Positions 9,179 through 18,310 of a DNA stretch of 32,000 bases are shown here, in pieces. The DNA comes from Candidatus Electronema aureum (lineage in GTDB: Bacteria > Desulfobacterota > Desulfobulbia > Desulfobulbales > Desulfobulbaceae), in contig NQJD01000015.1 of the NCBI GenBank assembly GCA_004284765.1, positions 25,167 through 57,166 of the forward strand. The letters run 5' to 3'. Made by a program: the position numbers and the translations under genes. A model generated the notes under the pieces. That model made no database searches. It had not been told where the DNA came from and saw only the letters and a list, made by a program, of their open reading frames with translations. Position 1 is the first letter of the stretch. Every line of letters starts with the position of its first letter.

Positions 9179-10606
9179 ATGACCCACTTTGATCAGTCCT
9201 TAGATTTGTTGGCTTTCAACCTCAAATTGGCCAGCCGCAGTACCCGCACGAGAATTTTGGTCAGCTCCGGCAAGCAGGAGGATAAGAAAGCTCTCCTTCC
9301 TCATATCAAAGAGCTGCATGAAGTTGGAGTTGAATTTTTCGCCACGACAGGAACCAGTCAATTTCTTTTAGATAACGGGGTAAGTAACACCACGCTGCAC
9401 AAAATTGCCGACAATATCGCGCCCAATATTCTGCATTACCTATCAGATAGCAAATTTGATCTGGTTATCAACATTCTTACTGGCAACAAGGACTATGATG
9501 AGGACTCTGATTCATCGACAATCAGAGCACTTTGTATCGAGAATGGTATTCCAATATTTACTAATATAAAGTTAGCTGCCATGACCCTTGAGCGTTTGCT
9601 CAAGGATAAAAAACAGAATATCTTTAAATACTCCATCACTGACCCATCTGCGCCTTGGGATATGAAGAAATACTTCCTTCAGATGGTGTTAGAAAAAGGA
9701 GGTTTTGCCTGCTATCATGCCCACTTTGACAAATCATACATCATATCTCCTGACAACCTGAAATTAAGTCAGGCGAACATGCAGAAGAAGTGGGAATTAT
9801 ACAAATATGTGAAGGAAAATTATTCAGAAAGCGATCTGACCGAAAGGATGAGCCGTTGTATAGAGGTGATGAAGGCGCAGGGTGTCACTCATTGCCGCAC
9901 CTTTATTGATGCTGACAATACGGTCAAACTCCTGCCGATGCAGGTTGCTCTCGCGCTCAAGGAAAAATATAAACACGAGATAAAAATTGAAATTGCAGTG
10001 CAGCCATTAGAGGGCGTTCTTGAGGAAAAATCAAGAAATTTCTTTGAAAAAGCCTGTGAAATGGCAGATGTCGTCGGTGGATTACCATCGAAAGATCGGC
10101 CTTTACCAGAAAAGCATTTAGATATCATTTTATCTATTGCCAAAAATCTCGGCAAGCCAGTGGATGTGCATGTGGATCAAGAAAACAATCCTGATGAAAA
10201 CGAAACCGAACTGTTGGCTCTTAAAGCGATTGAACACGGTATGGAAGGACGGGTGCGGGCTGTGCATTCGGTATCGTTAGCCGCCAAAGATCAGAGCGAA
10301 CGCAAGCGGATCATGCGGGTGGCCAAGGATGCAGGACTGAGCTTCATAGTCTGTCCTTCTGCTGCCTTGAGCATGAAGCAACTTCAGAAATACGCTCCCT
10401 TGCACAATTCCATCGCCCCGGTGGAGGAGTTAGTGAGCAGCGGCTTGCCGGTTTATCTGGGCGCGGACAACATCCATGATCTCTTCATGCCTTTAGTTGA
10501 TGGTGACATGTGGACAGAATGCCGTTTTTTGATGGAAGCATGTCGCTATTATGAGCTGGAGACAGTAGCAAATTTAGCGACAGATAAATCGGGTTTCTCT
10601 CGATAG
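9179..10606 (+). CDS. amidohydrolase-superfamily protein (cytosine-deaminase-like) with N-terminal MGS-like domain
   Basis: The N-terminal ~140 aa ('ILVSSGKQEDKKALLPHIKEL..GVEFFATTGTSQFL', 'DLVINILTG') resemble the methylglyoxal-synthase-like fold. The C-terminal part carries metal-ligand-like motifs 'YHAHFDK', 'VHVDQ', 'HSVS' and 'GADNIHD'. Confidence 0.6.
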   Translation: MTHFDQSLDLLAFNLKLASRSTRTRILVSSGKQEDKKALLPHIKELHEVGVEFFATTGTSQFLLDNGVSNTTLHKIADNIAPNILHYLSDSKFDLVINILTGNKDYDEDSDSSTIRALCIENGIPIFTNIKLAAMTLERLLKDKKQNIFKYSITDPSAPWDMKKYFLQMVLEKGGFACYHAHFDKSYIISPDNLKLSQANMQKKWELYKYVKENYSESDLTERMSRCIEVMKAQGVTHCRTFIDADNTVKLLPMQVALALKEKYKHEIKIEIAVQPLEGVLEEKSRNFFEKACEMADVVGGLPSKDRPLPEKHLDIILSIAKNLGKPVDVHVDQENNPDENETELLALKAIEHGMEGRVRAVHSVSLAAKDQSERKRIMRVAKDAGLSFIVCPSAALSMKQLQKYAPLHNSIAPVEELVSSGLPVYLGADNIHDLFMPLVDGDMWTECRFLMEACRYYELETVANLATDKSGFSR

Positions 10607-10650
10607 TGAAGCAGGAGCAAGATTATTAGACTGCCTGTGCAATAAAAAAG

Positions 10651-10687
10651 GGAGTCAGTTCGGAAGAGCTGACTCCTTCTTTATTAT
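10651..10687 (+). terminator. Rho-independent terminator
   Basis: GGAGTCAG (10651-10658) pairs with CTGACTCC (10669-10676). The stem can extend around a GGAA loop. It is followed by 'ttctttattat' and preceded by an A-tract. Confidence 0.8.
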
Positions 10688-10948
10688 GACTTGCGCAACT
10701 ATCCGATTTTTCCTGATTCATATTGAAATTCTACCTACACAGCAAGCAGTGTCGCAAGAACAAAAAAATAGATAAGGATTCATCAAGCCGGGTGGTTAAA
10801 AATGGGGAAAAATGGGGAAGCGACCTGCGAGCCAATCCTGTTTGACTTCTGATTTCAGCCATTATACAGTGAAGATATGCGGGCCTCAATCGCCCTTCTT
10901 TCAGTGTTCCGTCAAGAGTTGTTCGCCTCTTTTACTGCGTAATCTTTT

Positions 10949-13642
10949 ATGGAAAGAACAGTGCATTCTGATCTCAAGCATCTTCGCTGCTGGGTACTGA
11001 CCGCTTTCATATTTTGGTCGATTCTGATCAATGGTTCTCTTTGCCTATTTGTCCGCAACCAGTGGAACAACGTCAAGTTTATCGGCAAAGAAATAGGGCT
11101 GGCTGCCATTCATAAGGACCATATTTACCGGATATGGAATGCCCGACAAGGCGGCGTTTATGTGCAAATCAGTGATAAAACCCCGCCAAATCCTTATTTG
11201 AGCAATCTGTCGAATCGAGATGTCAGCACCACAGACGGAAAAAAGCTCACGATGGTCAACCCGGCTTACATGACCCGCCAGATTCATGAGCTTGAACAGG
11301 AGATGAACGGTGTTTTCACCGGGCATATCACCAGCCTGCGAGTAGTTCGGCCTGAAAATAAGCCTGATGATTGGGAAAATCAGGCATTGCGGCAATTTGA
11401 ACACGGGGCGAAAGAATTTGCTGAACTGACCAATAAGGACGGCAAGCCGTTCATGCGGGTTATGAGTCCAACCATTGTGCAGGAATCTTGCCTGAAATGT
11501 CATGCTGAACAGGGATATAAATTAGGTGATATCCGTGGTGGTATTAGCGTCATCGTCCCGATGGAAGAAACCGTAAACTTGTTTCAAAGGCAGTTCAAAA
11601 CTAGTGCCCTCTATCATCTCTTGATTTATCTGATTGGTGTGACCGGTCAGGTGATTTTTTATTCCCAGAGCAGCAGACTGCGCCGCAAGCGGGCGATGGT
11701 GGAGGAAAAACTCTCAAGTCAAGAACAGCATCTACGCAGTATTGTTGATAACATTTCCAACGGCATTGCGGTTTATGAGGTAGATCAAGAAGGACAGGAC
11801 TTTCAGGTTAAGCGAATCAACCCAGCTGGAATGCGCATCGCTAGGCTGGATGAAGCGACTGACCCAGCAGGCAGAAGACCGACCGAGCTATTTTTCGGCT
11901 TCGCTGAGTCGGGATTACTGGAAGTTTTTCAGCGAGTAGCAAAGAGTGGCAGCCCAGAGCATTGTTCTGTCTCCTCGTGCATTCAAAAAACAACTATCGG
12001 TAACGATAGTAAGGACACATCATTTCCCTGCCTGGAATATTACATCTACAAGTTGCCGACTGGCGAGATCGTCGCGGTGTATGAGGATGTGACCTCGCGG
12101 AAACAGGCCAGGGAATTGCTGATCCGTAAAACTGAGGAATGGGAAAGTACCTTTGACGCGATCCCTGATATCATCACTCTGCAAGATAAAGACATGCGGA
12201 TTATCCGCGCCAACCAAGCCACCTTTGAATTTTTCCGCCTGCCACCAGAAAAGCTGCTCGGTATGACTTGCCACAGCCTGTTCCGAGGTTCGGATCAACC
12301 CTGTGCGGGCTGTCCTGGCCTTCATGCGATCAGCGATCGACAGAAACACTGCGGCGGCATGGAACACAAGGCGATTGGCAAATTTTTCCATGTCTGTGCC
12401 GCGCCAGTGCTCAACCCGGAGGGTGAATTCCTTTATTTTGTCTATATTGCCCACGATGTCACTGACAAAAAAAAGCTAGAGGACGAGCTATTTCAGGCGC
12501 AAAAGATGGAGGCTATCGGCACCTTGGCAGGCGGCATTGCCCACGACTTCAACAACATCCTCGCCGCAATTCTCGGCTACACCGAGCTAGCTCGAATGGA
12601 GCTGCCAGAGGGCAGCAATGCTCGCAACGATCTGGAACAGGTGCTTATCGCGGGGAACCGGGCAACGGAACTGGTCAAGCAGATACTCACCTTCAGCCGC
12701 AAAAGCGAGCACCGCAAAAAACCACTGCGGATTTATTTGCTCGTCAAGGAAGCGGTGAAAATGCTGCGTTCTTCGCTGCCGTCAACCATCGATATTCGTA
12801 CCGAAATCGACGAGCACAGCGGTCTCGTACTGGCTGATCCAACCAGCATCCACCAGATCGTTTTCAATCTCTGCACCAACGCTGCCCAGGCTATTGGCAG
12901 CAAGCAGGGAAAAATGGAAATCATCCTGCGCCAAACAGAGCTGACCGCTTCCCAGAGAGAAGAGCGGCCTTTGCTCCAACTAGGGCTGTTCATCGTTTTG
13001 ACCGTTCGGGACAATGGCTGCGGCATGGACGAAAAAACGATGGCCCGCATCTTTGATCCTTATTTTACTACCAAGGAACAGGGCGCGGGTACTGGCCTAG
13101 GCTTGGCTGTCACGCACGGGGTGGTCGAAGACTGCCAAGGCTTCATCGAGTTGGAAAGCGAGTTGGGTAAAGGAACAACGTTTCATGTTTATCTACCAGT
13201 CCTGCCAGAAGAGAGCAAGAATATGCAGCAGGAGACAGACAGCGTGGCGCAGTTACCTTGCGGCACGGAGCGCATTCTCTTTGTGGATGACGAGCCGTCG
13301 ATTGTCCATATCAGCCGCGCGATTCTGACTACGCTGGGCTATTCGGTTCATGCTGAAACCGAGAGCATGGCTGCCTTGGAAAAATTTCGGCAGAACCCAG
13401 CATTGTACGATTTGCTGGTTACAGACCAAACTATGCCTGGTCTGACCGGCAGCGAACTGGCCAAGGCGGTGCTAGAAATCCGTCCCGACCTGCCGGTGAT
13501 TCTCTGCACTGGCTACACCGCTGCCTTGGCGGAAAAAGAGGCACTAGCCCTAGGGGTGCGCCGCTACGTGATCAAACCGTTGAATTCAACGAAACTGGCC
13601 ACTTTGGTCAGAGAAGTGCTGGATGAGGCGAAGCTGGGCTAA
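10949..13642 (+). CDS. hybrid sensor histidine kinase/response regulator with periplasmic haem-c (DUF3365-like) sensor and PAS domains
   Basis: TM segment, a ~190-aa extracytoplasmic region with CXXCH ('CLKCH') and a second TM segment. These are followed by PAS regions, HisKA ('GGIAHDFNNILAAILGY'), HATPase_c ('DNGCGM', 'GTGLGLA') and a C-terminal REC domain ('ILFVDDE...LLVTDQTMPG'). Confidence 0.9.
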   Translation: MERTVHSDLKHLRCWVLTAFIFWSILINGSLCLFVRNQWNNVKFIGKEIGLAAIHKDHIYRIWNARQGGVYVQISDKTPPNPYLSNLSNRDVSTTDGKKLTMVNPAYMTRQIHELEQEMNGVFTGHITSLRVVRPENKPDDWENQALRQFEHGAKEFAELTNKDGKPFMRVMSPTIVQESCLKCHAEQGYKLGDIRGGISVIVPMEETVNLFQRQFKTSALYHLLIYLIGVTGQVIFYSQSSRLRRKRAMVEEKLSSQEQHLRSIVDNISNGIAVYEVDQEGQDFQVKRINPAGMRIARLDEATDPAGRRPTELFFGFAESGLLEVFQRVAKSGSPEHCSVSSCIQKTTIGNDSKDTSFPCLEYYIYKLPTGEIVAVYEDVTSRKQARELLIRKTEEWESTFDAIPDIITLQDKDMRIIRANQATFEFFRLPPEKLLGMTCHSLFRGSDQPCAGCPGLHAISDRQKHCGGMEHKAIGKFFHVCAAPVLNPEGEFLYFVYIAHDVTDKKKLEDELFQAQKMEAIGTLAGGIAHDFNNILAAILGYTELARMELPEGSNARNDLEQVLIAGNRATELVKQILTFSRKSEHRKKPLRIYLLVKEAVKMLRSSLPSTIDIRTEIDEHSGLVLADPTSIHQIVFNLCTNAAQAIGSKQGKMEIILRQTELTASQREERPLLQLGLFIVLTVRDNGCGMDEKTMARIFDPYFTTKEQGAGTGLGLAVTHGVVEDCQGFIELESELGKGTTFHVYLPVLPEESKNMQQETDSVAQLPCGTERILFVDDEPSIVHISRAILTTLGYSVHAETESMAALEKFRQNPALYDLLVTDQTMPGLTGSELAKAVLEIRPDLPVILCTGYTAALAEKEALALGVRRYVIKPLNSTKLATLVREVLDEAKLG

Positions 13643-15429
13643 TCCGAGGATGGAGCAACAGGCAAGTCGATATGCACGGCGGTGCCACTCCCCAGCAGCG
13701 AATCCGCTTCAATGTAGCCTTCGTGCTGACTGACTATCGAGGCGGCGATAGTTAGCCCCAGTCCCATCCCCTTGGTTTTGCCCCTTGTTTTCCCAGAAAA
13801 ATAGGGATCAAAAATGTTGGGCAAATCGTCCTTGCGAATGCCACGGCCTTGATCGCGGACAGTGATGCGGACATATTCCCCTTCTTTGCGGCCAGCAGCC
13901 TCATGACCGAGCAGGCAGATATTTTCTGCGCTGACCTGCACTCGTCCTCCAGCAGGAGCCATCGCCTCTGTTGCATTACGGAACAACTCGCGCAGTACCT
14001 GCTCAATCTGCCCAGGATCGGCATAAATCGGCAGCAAGTTATCCGACATATCCAGCTCTGGCACAACGTTCCCGCCTTCAAAAAAGGAAAAGCAAGTCGC
14101 CCTAATCAACTCCGCAGGTGCCACAGCTTGCCGCACGGGTGGCGTGAAACTCGAGAACAGCAAAAATTTGTGCGATAGCTCCTTGGCCTCTGTTGCTGAG
14201 GCGGTTGCATCTTGGAGAAAGCCCAGAGCGCGGTGCTCCGGGTGGAGCTTCATCATCGCCAGCTCAAGGTTGCCGGTAATCGCCATCAGCAGGTTGTTGA
14301 AGTCATGAGCGATACCACCAGCCATCATCGATACGGTTTCCATCTTTCGGTTGCGGATTAGCTCCTCTTCCATTTTTTTCCGACGGCTGATATCGATGCA
14401 ATATTCAATCACCCGCGTGACTTGGCCCTGTCGATCTGTCACCGGACAGGTATGAATTTCCATCGTTTGCGGATTACCTGCTGCATCAGTACCGACATGC
14501 TCGACCATGACTGGCCTGCCCTGCTCGCGCACGATGTTGAGCGGGCATTCTAATCCCTGTTCAAAACAAGGCTGGCTGAAACCGTGCATGTATTGATAGC
14601 AGGTTTTCAAGTGATCCCGACCTGCTGCCTGACTACCTGCGGCCCTGTTGGCAGCCAAGATTCGGAACGTGGCGACATCAATGACCGCAAAAGGATGCGG
14701 CAACGAATTGATCACCGTGCTGAGAAAGCGATTCTGCTGGAGGATTTCTGCACTGCGTAGCTCAATCTGCTTCTCTAAGCTGTCACGGTGGAGGCGGATT
14801 TTTTCCTCAGCCCGCCGCCGTTCCTTAATTTCTTTGGTCAGCAGATCGTTGGTGTGGCGGAGTTCAGCGGTTTGCTCACGCACATGCTCTTCCAGCATAT
14901 TCCGCTGCATAACTAAAGCGGACATAGCCTGTTTATGCTCCACCGTTAAATGCCATTTTTCAATCAAGGCTGCTGCTGATTGGCGAATTTCAATCGCCTC
15001 AAAGGGCTTTTTCAGGATCAACAGCTTGTCGGCAGAGAGCAGAGCCGAGCTGATATCCTGCCACGAATAATCAGAATACGCCGTGATCACCACAAACTGA
15101 AGCTGATAATCCTCCTGCTGGAGTCGCTTTATGGTCTTCAAGCCGTCCATACCGGGCTGGAGTCGCATATCGACGTAGGCCAAGGCGTAGGGTTTTCGCT
15201 CTAACCGAGAATGCCGGACCATCTCCACTGCCTCCTCGCCCCGGAAGGCTGAGTCGATCAGCAAATCCGCCTTTTCTTCCGTCGGTGCCTCTTGACCAAC
15301 AATATCAGCGAACAGAGCATCCAATTCGCCTGATTCATTCTGGTGCAGCAGAATTTTTTTGATGTCACTGTGGATGTCTGGATTGTCGTCAACAATCAAA
15401 ATTCGGTCGATCCTGCCGTTTTTTTTCAC
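13639..15429 (-). CDS. response-regulator receiver / PAS / histidine kinase fusion protein
   Basis: The GTG start overlaps the upstream stop (GTGA). It has an N-terminal REC domain ('ILIVDDNPDIH', 'YVDMRLQPGMDG'), a coiled coil, a PAS domain, HisKA ('GGIAHDFNNLLMAITGN') and HATPase_c ('DQGRGI', 'GMGLGL'). Confidence 0.9.
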   Translation of the reverse strand: MKKNGRIDRILIVDDNPDIHSDIKKILLHQNESGELDALFADIVGQEAPTEEKADLLIDSAFRGEEAVEMVRHSRLERKPYALAYVDMRLQPGMDGLKTIKRLQQEDYQLQFVVITAYSDYSWQDISSALLSADKLLILKKPFEAIEIRQSAAALIEKWHLTVEHKQAMSALVMQRNMLEEHVREQTAELRHTNDLLTKEIKERRRAEEKIRLHRDSLEKQIELRSAEILQQNRFLSTVINSLPHPFAVIDVATFRILAANRAAGSQAAGRDHLKTCYQYMHGFSQPCFEQGLECPLNIVREQGRPVMVEHVGTDAAGNPQTMEIHTCPVTDRQGQVTRVIEYCIDISRRKKMEEELIRNRKMETVSMMAGGIAHDFNNLLMAITGNLELAMMKLHPEHRALGFLQDATASATEAKELSHKFLLFSSFTPPVRQAVAPAELIRATCFSFFEGGNVVPELDMSDNLLPIYADPGQIEQVLRELFRNATEAMAPAGGRVQVSAENICLLGHEAAGRKEGEYVRITVRDQGRGIRKDDLPNIFDPYFSGKTRGKTKGMGLGLTIAASIVSQHEGYIEADSLLGSGTAVHIDLPVAPSSD

Positions 15430-17294
15430 GCTCCCCTCCTCCTACCCGCTGTGGTCGGCAGCTCCAGCCTGAAAACCGCCCCTTTGTCTTCGCCCGGACT
15501 TCCCGCCGTCAGCGTACCGCCCATTTCCGTTGCCAGATTAGCCGCGTTGTGCAGACCAAAGCCATGTCCGCCTTTTTTGGCCGTAAAGCCAAAAGCAAAA
15601 ATATGCTCCATGATCTCGCTGCTGATGCCTCTGCCGTTGTCTGCTACTTCTACCATAACGTGTTCATTCTCTGTGTCAACAGGCTGGAGCCGGAGGCTGA
15701 TTTTTCGCTCTGTTTGCTTGAGTCCCTCAAACGCATCAGCGGCATTACTAATCAGATTAACCATAATCTGTAAGATTTTGCGCCGTTCGCCCTGCATGGC
15801 CGGAAGTCGGGCATAATTGCGTTCCACCTGAATCTGCCGCTCAGTGATCTTTTGCTCAAAAATCTCCATGCTTTCCTCAATCACTGAAGCCAGATCAAAT
15901 TGCTCGATCAGCACCTTGCCGCCCGCAGCATCCTGCTGGGTACGGATGATGTCAGCGGCTCGGCGGACATGCCGGAGCTGATGCCCAATTTCCTCTAAGA
16001 GCCGCCAACGCTCTTTAGTCAACTGGGCAGAAAGGCTGGCAAAGTAGAGCGGCAGTTTGCGGCCCTTGGGATCGCTGCCAAAGAAAGCCGCTGGATCCTC
16101 CTTGTGCTGCTCTATCAACTCGACAATCGCAGGCAGGGTGGAGCTGCCGCTTTTCTGTACCATTTCCCCCAACCGTTCTGCCGAAACCGAAATGCTATTC
16201 AGCGTGTTGCCGACATTGTGCAATACCTCAGTCGCCACTTCAGCCTTGCCTGCTAGCCGCGAGGTATCCAAGAGCGTTTTTAAGATATGTGCATGTTCAA
16301 CCGCCAAGGCGCAAACCCCGGACACGTGCAGGGCGGTGTTCATGTACGAGCCGATATGCTGAGGAAAAGCGACCTGCTGCACGAGCACCACAGCCAAGGT
16401 CTTTCCACCTGTACCGATCCGCAAAAGAAAGCCATCACCGCTGGCCAAGAGTTGGTGTTGTCGTTCGCTCTCAAGAAGGAATTGCGTAGCAGCCTGCTGT
16501 TCCTCCGCGTTTAAGTCAGCTAATCGATCCGTGGCAAGGCCGTTTTTCGTCACTGGGAGGCAGCGAATCTGCCGAGGCGCAAAGAGCATGGTAAATAGCT
16601 CGGCAATTCCAGCGAAAGCCTCTGGCTCCGAACTCGCCTTGACCACTAACCCCAGCATGTCGAAGATCATGGCGGTCTGTGCGGCCTGTTGACGAGCCTG
16701 CTCTTTCTGTCGCTCTAGTTCCTCCTGTCGATATTCTGCTGCTATTTTGGTTAATAGTAAGCCGTGATATTCCAAGCCTATAGGCAGAATTTCGGCTGGG
16801 AGCTGGAAAAGGTCGGCCAGCTCGGCGAGATGCAGACTCGCTTGCTCATCCCTGCCCGTGTCTAACAGAACCAGCTTGTTGACATCGTGCTCAAACAGCT
16901 CTGCCGCTTGGGTTCGATCAGCTAACTGCTCTTGCCAACGAGCCAACCAGCCTGGCAAAAGCAGTCCAGCTCCGCTCTGACGAAGATGTCTGACCAAGGT
17001 TGGGCTACAGAGCAGATGTACGCACTGCTCGGCACGCCGGATTCGACTGCCAGGAATCTTCAAATCCTTGGCAAGACAGCGGCAACCAATGATCTCAACG
17101 GCATCTGCCCCACTCTCTTTCACCAAAGCGATCAACTCTTCTCTGTCAGCCAGTCGGGAAGCACAATGAGCGGCAAAAGCTCTCACTTCAAGCCCAGTTA
17201 TCCCCTGAAGCTGCGCGGCCGCTTGGGTATCAGGCAGGAGCTGCTTGCAAACCAAAAAGCAGAGAGAAAGCGGTCTCACGAAGAGCGGCCCCAT
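15426..17294 (-). CDS. cytoplasmic sensor histidine kinase with Cys-rich N-terminal DUF1638-like domain
   Basis: H-box-like 'EVLHNVGNTLNS' and HATPase_c ('NLISNAADA', 'DNGRGI', 'GHGFGLH'). ATG 17294 is preferred over the TTG at 17345 and overlaps the upstream gene by 19 nt. The N-terminal ~190 aa carry 'EIIGCRCL' and 'AEQCVHLLCSP...LLLPGWLARW'. Confidence 0.8.
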   Translation of the reverse strand: MGPLFVRPLSLCFLVCKQLLPDTQAAAQLQGITGLEVRAFAAHCASRLADREELIALVKESGADAVEIIGCRCLAKDLKIPGSRIRRAEQCVHLLCSPTLVRHLRQSGAGLLLPGWLARWQEQLADRTQAAELFEHDVNKLVLLDTGRDEQASLHLAELADLFQLPAEILPIGLEYHGLLLTKIAAEYRQEELERQKEQARQQAAQTAMIFDMLGLVVKASSEPEAFAGIAELFTMLFAPRQIRCLPVTKNGLATDRLADLNAEEQQAATQFLLESERQHQLLASGDGFLLRIGTGGKTLAVVLVQQVAFPQHIGSYMNTALHVSGVCALAVEHAHILKTLLDTSRLAGKAEVATEVLHNVGNTLNSISVSAERLGEMVQKSGSSTLPAIVELIEQHKEDPAAFFGSDPKGRKLPLYFASLSAQLTKERWRLLEEIGHQLRHVRRAADIIRTQQDAAGGKVLIEQFDLASVIEESMEIFEQKITERQIQVERNYARLPAMQGERRKILQIMVNLISNAADAFEGLKQTERKISLRLQPVDTENEHVMVEVADNGRGISSEIMEHIFAFGFTAKKGGHGFGLHNAANLATEMGGTLTAGSPGEDKGAVFRLELPTTAGRRRGA

Positions 17295-18310
17295 TGCTGC
17301 ACTGCCGCAGAGATCGCCAGCAGAATCTCGTCGCTGACCTGCCAAGGAATTTCACCGTGGTTATCGGTAAGAATGAAGCCACCGCCCGCTGCGGCTGCGG
17401 CCAGAGCCTCCTTTACTTTTGCCTCGGCTTGCGTCGGTGTCCAACGACGCATTTCAATTCCATTCAGATTGCCCGCCACCGTGATTTTTCCTTTGCACGC
17501 TGCTTTAACTGCGGCCAGATCATCTAATGCGCTTACACCGGCGGCGACCGCACCGACTTTGGCTAGTTCCTCCACCATTGCCAGACAGCGGCCTGAACCC
17601 AGATGAATGCAGGCCGGACCGTTGAAGTAGGAGAGACACTGCCGGGCCATCTCCAGTCCGGTGCGGCGGTACATTTCAGGTGGAATCATGTCGGGCGAGG
17701 CCAGCGGATCAAAATAGCAGACCGTTGTGGCTCCGGCCTGAAACTGAGCATTCGCCCAAGCCACGCAAAAGGCTTGGTTCACCGCCATCAGTCGGGCGAA
17801 CAACTCCGGTTGTTCGTACAGCAGCTCAATATAGGCGGCAAAGCCCATCTGCATGACTGGCAGAGAAAAGGGCGAAATAACCACACCGATAATCGGCACG
17901 GTGTTGCCAGCCCGCTCTTTGAGGCCACTGATCACATCCAGCATTCGGCAGAGACAGGGCGTTTCGTCCACCACTGGAACTTGCAAGGCAAGGATATCCT
18001 CTGGCTTTTTGAGCACTGGTGCGCCGCTGTTGGGCGGGCCGTCCTCATACCATACGATTTCGCCGCCAAAGGCTTCGGCTTCTGCTGCGCCGTACAGCAG
18101 AGGATAGAAGCAGTCGTGGTGGTATTTGGCCCGCAGGCGGCATTGACCTTCAATAACATATTTTGCCTGAGAAAAATACTCGCGGATACTTAGACCTAGT
18201 TCTTTAGCCCCGTGCATAGTCAGCAGGAGAAAAAACGGGACGCGGTCTGGCTCTCGGTGACTGAGCGTGGTCAGCACCCGTTCCATCGAGGTCATTTCTG
18301 CGTTGCTCAT
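17276..18310 (-). CDS. uroporphyrinogen decarboxylase (URO-D) family protein, MtaA/CmuA-like methyltransferase
   Basis: The ATG at 18310 follows 'ggagga' and overlaps the upstream stop (ATGA). 'MERVLTTLSHREPDRVPFF' and the overall TIM-barrel-sized 344-aa protein match the URO-D/MT2 family, which is usually paired with corrinoid proteins. Confidence 0.75.
   Translation of the reverse strand: MSNAEMTSMERVLTTLSHREPDRVPFFLLLTMHGAKELGLSIREYFSQAKYVIEGQCRLRAKYHHDCFYPLLYGAAEAEAFGGEIVWYEDGPPNSGAPVLKKPEDILALQVPVVDETPCLCRMLDVISGLKERAGNTVPIIGVVISPFSLPVMQMGFAAYIELLYEQPELFARLMAVNQAFCVAWANAQFQAGATTVCYFDPLASPDMIPPEMYRRTGLEMARQCLSYFNGPACIHLGSGRCLAMVEELAKVGAVAAGVSALDDLAAVKAACKGKITVAGNLNGIEMRRWTPTQAEAKVKEALAAAAAGGGFILTDNHGEIPWQVSDEILLAISAAVQQWGRSS

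Noticed and set aside
10798-10817. A perfect tandem duplication AAAAATGGGG x2 upstream of the haem-sensor kinase gene.
   Set aside because: It has only two short units in an intergenic region, which is consistent with chance or slippage. No associated structure or motif is recognisable.
10842-10868. TTGACT-15 nt-TATACA as a promoter for the kinase at 10949.
   Set aside because: The spacer is only 15 nt, which is suboptimal. It is kept as a note rather than a feature.
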